Notes under the pieces: generated by a model
Databases searched by the model: none
What the model saw: only the letters and a program-made list of their open reading frames with translations
What the model was told of the DNA's origin: nothing
Made by a program: the position numbers and the translations under genes
In this document: positions 60,302-64,000 of the stretch, piece after piece
How positions within the stretch are numbered: the stretch's first letter is position 1
Layout: the number at the start of each line of letters is the position of its first letter
Assembly (NCBI GenBank): GCA_964016885.1
Contig: CAXHJY010000973.1
Coordinates: forward strand, 310,001-374,000
DNA from: Eledone cirrhosa
Lineage: Eukaryota
Length of the DNA stretch: 64,000 nucleotides
Direction of reading: 5' to 3'

Positions 60302-62170
60302 AATAATAAATAATAATAATGAAATTATTGTGTACAGTGCTCAGGTGCACTGCAACTCATTAAAGGTGCATGTATAGTACATAGAATAATATCCAAATGT
60401 CAGGGAGGTGAACAGTGTATGAGTCATGATATACATGTGTGTGTATGGAGGGGGAATATTAGGTGTAGTGTTGGCGAATCTCAGGAAGCATGGAGGTTTT
60501 AAAGGATGCAGTGTCTCGACAGCTAACAACTGATGCAGGTAGTTTGTTCCATGGGGGTTTTAAAGGATGCAGTGTCTCAACAGCTAATAACTGCTGCAGG
60601 TGGTTTGTTCCATGGAGGTTTTAAAGGATGCAGTGTCTTGACAGCTAACAACTGATGCAGGTAGTTTGTTCCATGGGGGTTTTAAAGGATGCAGTGTCTG
60701 GACAGCTAACAACTGATGCAGGTAGTTTGTTCCATGGAGGTTTTAAAGGATGCAGTGTCTTGACAGCTAACAACTGATGGAGGTAATTTGTTTCATGGGG
60801 GTTTTAAAGGCTGCAGTGTCTTGACAAGCTAACAACTGATGCAGGTAGTTTGTTCCATGGAGGTTTTAAAGGATGCAGTGTCTCAACAGCTAACAACTGA
60901 TGCAGGTAATTTGTTCCATGGGGGTTTTAAAGGCTGCAGTGTCTCGACAGCTGACAACTGATGCACGTAGTTTGTTCCATGGAGGTTTTAAAGGATGCAG
61001 TGTCTCGACAGCTGACAACTGATGCACGTAGTTTGTTCCATGGAGGTTTTAAAGGATGCAGTGTCTCAACAGCTAACAACTGATGCAGGGAGTTTGTTCC
61101 ATGGAGGTTTTAAAGGATGCAGTGTCTCAACAGCTAACAACTGATGCAGGTAATTTGTTCCATGGGGGTTTTAAAGGCTGCAGTGTCTTGACAGCTAACA
61201 ACTGATGCAGGTAGTTTGTTCCATGGAGGTTTTAAAGGATGCAGTGTCTCGACAGCTGACAACTGATGCACGTAGTTTGTTCCATGGAGGTTTTAAAGGA
61301 TGCAGTGTCTCAACAGCTAACAACTGATGCAGGGAGTTTGTTCCATGGAGGTTTTAAAGGATTCAGTGTCTCGGCAGCTAACAACTGATGCAGGGAGTTT
61401 GTTCCATGGAGGTTTTAAAGGATGCAGTGTCTCAACAGCTAACAACTGATGCAGGTAATTTGTTCCATGGGGGTTTTAAAGGCTGCAGTGTCTTGACAGC
61501 TAACAACTGATGCAGGTAGTTTGTTCCATGGAGGTTTTAAAGGATGCAGTGTCTCGACAGCTGACAACTGATGCAGGGAGTTTGTTCCATGGAGGTTTTA
61601 AAGCATGCAGTGTCTCGACAGCTAAAACTGATGCAGGGAGTCTGTTCCATGGAGGTTTTAAAGGATGCAGTGTCTCGACAGCTAACAACTGATGCAGGGA
61701 GTTTGTTCCATGGAGGTTTTAAAGGATGCAGTGTCTGGACAGCTAACAACTGATGCAGGGAGTTTGTTCCATTGAGGTTTTAAAGGATACAGTGTCTCGA
61801 CAGCTAAAACTGATGCAGGGAGTTTGTTCCATGGAGGTTTTAAAGGATGCAGTGTCTCGACAGCTAACAACTGATGCAGGGAGTTTGTTCCATTGAGGTT
61901 TTAAAGGATGCAGTGTCTGGACAGCTAACAACTGATGCAGGTAGTTTGTTCCATGGAGATTTTAAAGACACTGCATCCTTTAAAACCTCCATGCTTCATG
62001 AGATTCGCCAACACTACACCTAATATTCCCCCTCCATACACATACACACATGTATATCATGACTCATACACTATTCACTTCCCTGACATTTGTATATTAT
62101 TCTATGTACTATACATGCACCTTTGATGAGTTGTAGTGCACCTGAGCACTGTACACAATAATTTCATTAT
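60302..62170. mobile_element. Two CR1-type 3' ends in head-to-head (inverted) orientation around a 61-bp array
   Basis: Minus-strand 3' UTR at 60302-60488 plus array to 61967. Plus-strand partial unit and 3' UTR at 61967-62170. Termini are ~200-bp inverted repeats. Confidence 0.92.
60489..61967 (-). repeat. 61-bp tandem array (~24 units), reverse complement of the 35803-37009 unit
   Basis: Unit CATGGAGGTTTTAAAGGATGCAGTGTCTCGACAGCTAACAACTGATGCAGGTAGTTTGTTC. Confidence 0.97.
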
Positions 62171-62186
62171 ATATACAAACATTTAC

Positions 62187-62298
62187 CTTTTTTATTACCA
62201 CGACTGAGAGTACCAAGGACTCTGTATGTCTCGGAGTGTATAGCGTCCACTCTACTGGCATAGATTCTGGCACTAGCATCCAGTGTTGTACCTGCTAC
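62187..62298 (-). CDS. NCAPH: NCAPH exon VAGTTLDASARIYASRVDAIHSETYRVLGTLSRGNKK, phase 0 to phase 1
   Basis: Acceptor ATCATTACAG and donor GTAAAT; 112 nt. Matches the hallmark N-terminal gamma-kleisin motif TLDAS.KIY..RVD(A/S)(V/I)H...Y.VLG.L of CAP-H/Barren/Cnd2/Brn1. Confidence 0.96.
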
Positions 62299-62890
62299 CT
62301 GTAATGATTCAAACATCACATTCTAATAGACATATATGTATTTACTCTTTTACCTGCTCCAGCCATCTGGCTGAGGCCATGCTGGGGCACTGCCCTTGTG
62401 TAGAATTTAAACAAACAATCTAATAGAAATATCAGAGCCAAATCTCCCTCAAACATTAGACAATATAGTCCTAGATTCACTGCACATATAAAAAAGACAG
62501 GATGGTCACAACTGGAATTCTTTTGACCCTACAAAGATGACTACACAATAACTCGACATGTTAAAAATAAAAGCTTTAGAAAAGAAAGACACACTGAATA
62601 ATGTAGTCCAAGGTGAACTGTGCCTGAGGGAGAAAAAAACAAGATAGTCACGGCTGGATTGCCCGACCTTTTTCTATTCATCACACATAAAACAGTATTC
62701 ACCTCACACACACACACATATTCACCTCACACACACATATTCACCACACACACACACACACACACAAAACAGTATTCACCTCACACACACACACACAAAA
62801 AACAGTATCCACCACACACACACATGCAGACTAACCAAGATGTTTTGCTGTCAAGAGCCCCTATTTGGTCCACACTATTTCCAATGACTC

Positions 62891-63152
62891 ATTAGGAGCC
62901 ACTGAAATATAGAGGCTGACCAGCTTCCTCAAAAATACAAATAATGCGAGACTCACCTGAAAATTTCCCAGTTTCTTCCCTTAGAGTAAATCAGTGACAC
63001 AGTTGATGAGGTGAAGGGTAAATTAGGGACCACTGAGATATAGAGACTAACCAGCTCCCTCACAAATAGAAAGAACAAGAGTCTTACCTGAAAATCTCCC
63101 AGTTTCTTCCCTTTCAGCAAATCAGTCATACAGTCAATGAGATGAAGGGTAA
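62891..63152 (-). repeat. 131-bp tandem duplication copying the 3' part of an NCAPH exon and its splice donor
   Basis: 62891-63021 vs 63022-63152. Duplicate reads FTLHLINCVTDLL*GKKLGNFQ|GTGAGT. Confidence 0.9.
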
Positions 63153-63174
63153 AAGCATTCTTTGTGGTGATTTT
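63088..63174 (-). CDS. NCAPH: NCAPH exon (first seen in window) KITTKNAFTLHLIDCMTDLLKGKKLGDFQ, phase 0 to phase 0
   Basis: Acceptor TTTCCTGACTTTAG and donor GTAAGA; 87 nt. Matches the conserved CAP-H (N)KITTKNAF.LHLID motif. Upstream exons lie beyond the window. Confidence 0.96.
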
Positions 63175-63397
63175 CTAAAGTCAGGAAATAAAACAATAGT
63201 TCTAACTCGTTTGGTACTCTATTTCTAATGAAATATATTGTCTATTTATAGCAATTAATTTAGGAAAACTTCAATTTAAAGAGATAACTAAATTTTATAT
63301 TAGTAAGCTGATATTTGAAACATTATTTAAACAAAAATTTCTAATATTAAAACCTTCCATCATAGTTTTATTTCAGTATAAACAATTTCACTGAAAG

Positions 63398-63686
63398 TGG
63401 GTTGTTTAGTGGTTAGAGAATTGGATTCACAGTTGCGAGTTTGACTTCAGGACCAAGCAACATCATCATTATCATCACTGAATTAGTGACATCATCATCA
63501 TGACATCCACTCTTCCATGCTGGCATGGGATCGTTTGAAACTGCTACTCATTTTCAAGTGAGTATATTGGAGTAACATGAAATGAAGTGTTTTGCTCAAG
63601 AACACAACACCATGTCTAGGAATCAAACCCACAACATTATGATCATAAACCCAACACCCCTAACCGCTAGGCTACATGCCTTCACT
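63398..63686. mobile_element. Cluster of decayed SINE/RTE-tail remnants
   Basis: tRNA-like head TAGTGGTTAGAG...GAGTTTGACT (+); CATCATCATCATGACATCC..TTCCATGCTGGCATGGG tail (-); TGAAATGAAGTGTTTTGCTCAAGAACAC CORE-like segment (-). Confidence 0.65.
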
Positions 63687-64000
63687 ATAAACAAATGCAA
63701 GTAAGAGCTGTGATAGCAATATAATGTAGAGGGTGGCTGGAAATAAACTCCCAATTGAAAATTACTTATAACTTTTGGCCTACTGTGACCACTTGGGACA
63801 TCAATAAGCTCAGATTCATGTAAGGTGGATCACCTCCGTGAGTGACTTGACGTCCAATTTCCAGGACATTGGCTGGGTTGTCAAGGTCCACATTAATGGC
63901 CAGCAACAAGCTCTGACTTAACACCATATGATATATTTCATGTTGGAGTGAAGGAAGAAGTTTATAGCTGACCAACATACCAGTTGAGTTACTGATGAGG

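Noticed and set aside
63766-64000. Open minus-strand frame (LISNSTGMLVSYK...GQKL) as an upstream NCAPH exon
   Set aside because: No resemblance to the expected CIKL..EN segment preceding KITTKNAF, and the frame ends in a stop before the GTAATT. Identity unresolved at the window edge.

Overview
Eukaryotic (metazoan) genomic DNA. The repeat families and microsatellite-rich introns suggest a cephalopod or octopod, but that is inference. The window is the interior of a minus-strand spliced gene that the ORF track mostly misses. Eight GT-AG exons (63174 down to 34433) splice in phase into ~287 aa of the condensin I kleisin subunit NCAPH/CAP-H/Barren. The rest appears to be intronic: (1) a >=33.3 kb 39-bp satellite with multi-kb block duplications; (2) three further satellite families that visibly grew from transposon sequence (61-bp from a CR1-type ORF2 C-terminus, present twice; 29/31-bp from a CRE-like C-terminus; 72/60/28-bp from inside a TTAA-CCC MITE whose unexpanded copy is also present); (3) an RTE-clade LINE family, including a 1068-aa full-length copy, with a PHD-type C4HC3 finger inserted inside the RT domain, which inserts repeatedly at the same TATATA site; (4) two large inverted retroelement pairs; (5) a minimal hammerhead ribozyme candidate in a Penelope-like relic; (6) tRNA-derived SINEs, a mariner relic and minisatellites. 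No prokaryotic system, CRISPR array, rRNA or true tRNA gene is supported.
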